This document shows positions 63,959 through 64,000 of a stretch of DNA of 64,000 nucleotides, piece by piece. Location: the NCBI GenBank assembly GCA_002748065.1, contig PDRJ01000032.1, positions 236-64,235 on the forward strand, read 5' to 3'. The notes beneath the pieces were generated by a model that was not told the origin of the DNA, did not search any database, and saw nothing but the letters and a program-made list of their open reading frames with translations. Positions within the stretch are counted from its first letter, which is position 1. Each line of letters opens with the position of its first letter. Source of the DNA: Bacteroidota bacterium. GTDB lineage: Bacteria; Bacteroidota; Bacteroidia; Bacteroidales; BM520. Position numbers and translations under genes: made by a program.

Positions 63959-64000
63959 TAGAGGCTGTATAGAAAGTCCGACTTCTTCGTTATGCTTGTC
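63959..64000 (-). mobile_element. MITE-like element, copy J (reverse orientation, cut by window end)
   Basis: TAGAGGCTGTATAGAAAGTCCGACTTCTTCGTTATGCTTGTC matches the reverse complement of the right end of copies G and E. Confidence 0.8.

Noticed and set aside
1-64000. Looked for CRISPR arrays, tRNA/rRNA/tmRNA genes, prophage or defence-system gene sets
   Set aside because: No regularly spaced direct repeats were found, and no tRNA-like T-arm/acceptor patterns appear outside the MITE (its gttcgaattcgagg only superficially resembles a T-loop). No phage, restriction or toxin-like ORFs were recognised. A tRNAscan/Rfam/DefenseFinder run would be the formal check.

Overview
Bacteroidota-type chromosomal segment. 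The taxon call rests on many TAnnTTTG -7 promoter boxes just upstream of starts, T9SS C-terminal sorting domains, a SecDF fusion and a long-form PurM. No rRNA, tRNA or CRISPR array was seen. Most genes are housekeeping and lie on the minus strand: pyrBI, pyrF, prfA, purM, argS, secDF, tatA, smpB, rlmN, uvrB, mutL, two rhomboids, a malic enzyme, a FecCD/BtuF-type ABC importer and a GH13 enzyme. Four things stand out. (1) A HydABC/Hnd-type multimeric [FeFe]-hydrogenase operon (3539..8063) lies downstream of a six-gene putative sensory module (8342..12148): 2x DRTGG, 2x GHKL ATPase, PHP, and a hydrogenase-like sensor. (2) A divergently transcribed Dlt-like but lipid-type module (58733..63294) combines a fatty-acyl-AMP ligase fused to a carrier domain, an MBOAT and a membrane-anchored SGNH/DltD-like protein. 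I rate this the best candidate for an undescribed system. (3) A very dense family of ~155-bp TIR elements (MITE-like, TA-flanked) and their ~40-nt hairpin derivatives occupies 10 loci. Three of these supply the TAG stop codon of the neighbouring gene, and two disrupt other transposase genes. (4) The left edge (1..3470) is visibly AT-richer and carries an IS4 remnant. The right edge carries a Y1 (IS200/RAYT-like) transposase gene preceded by palindromes and odd word repeats. All calls come from reading the sequence and the ORF track; no database search was possible.
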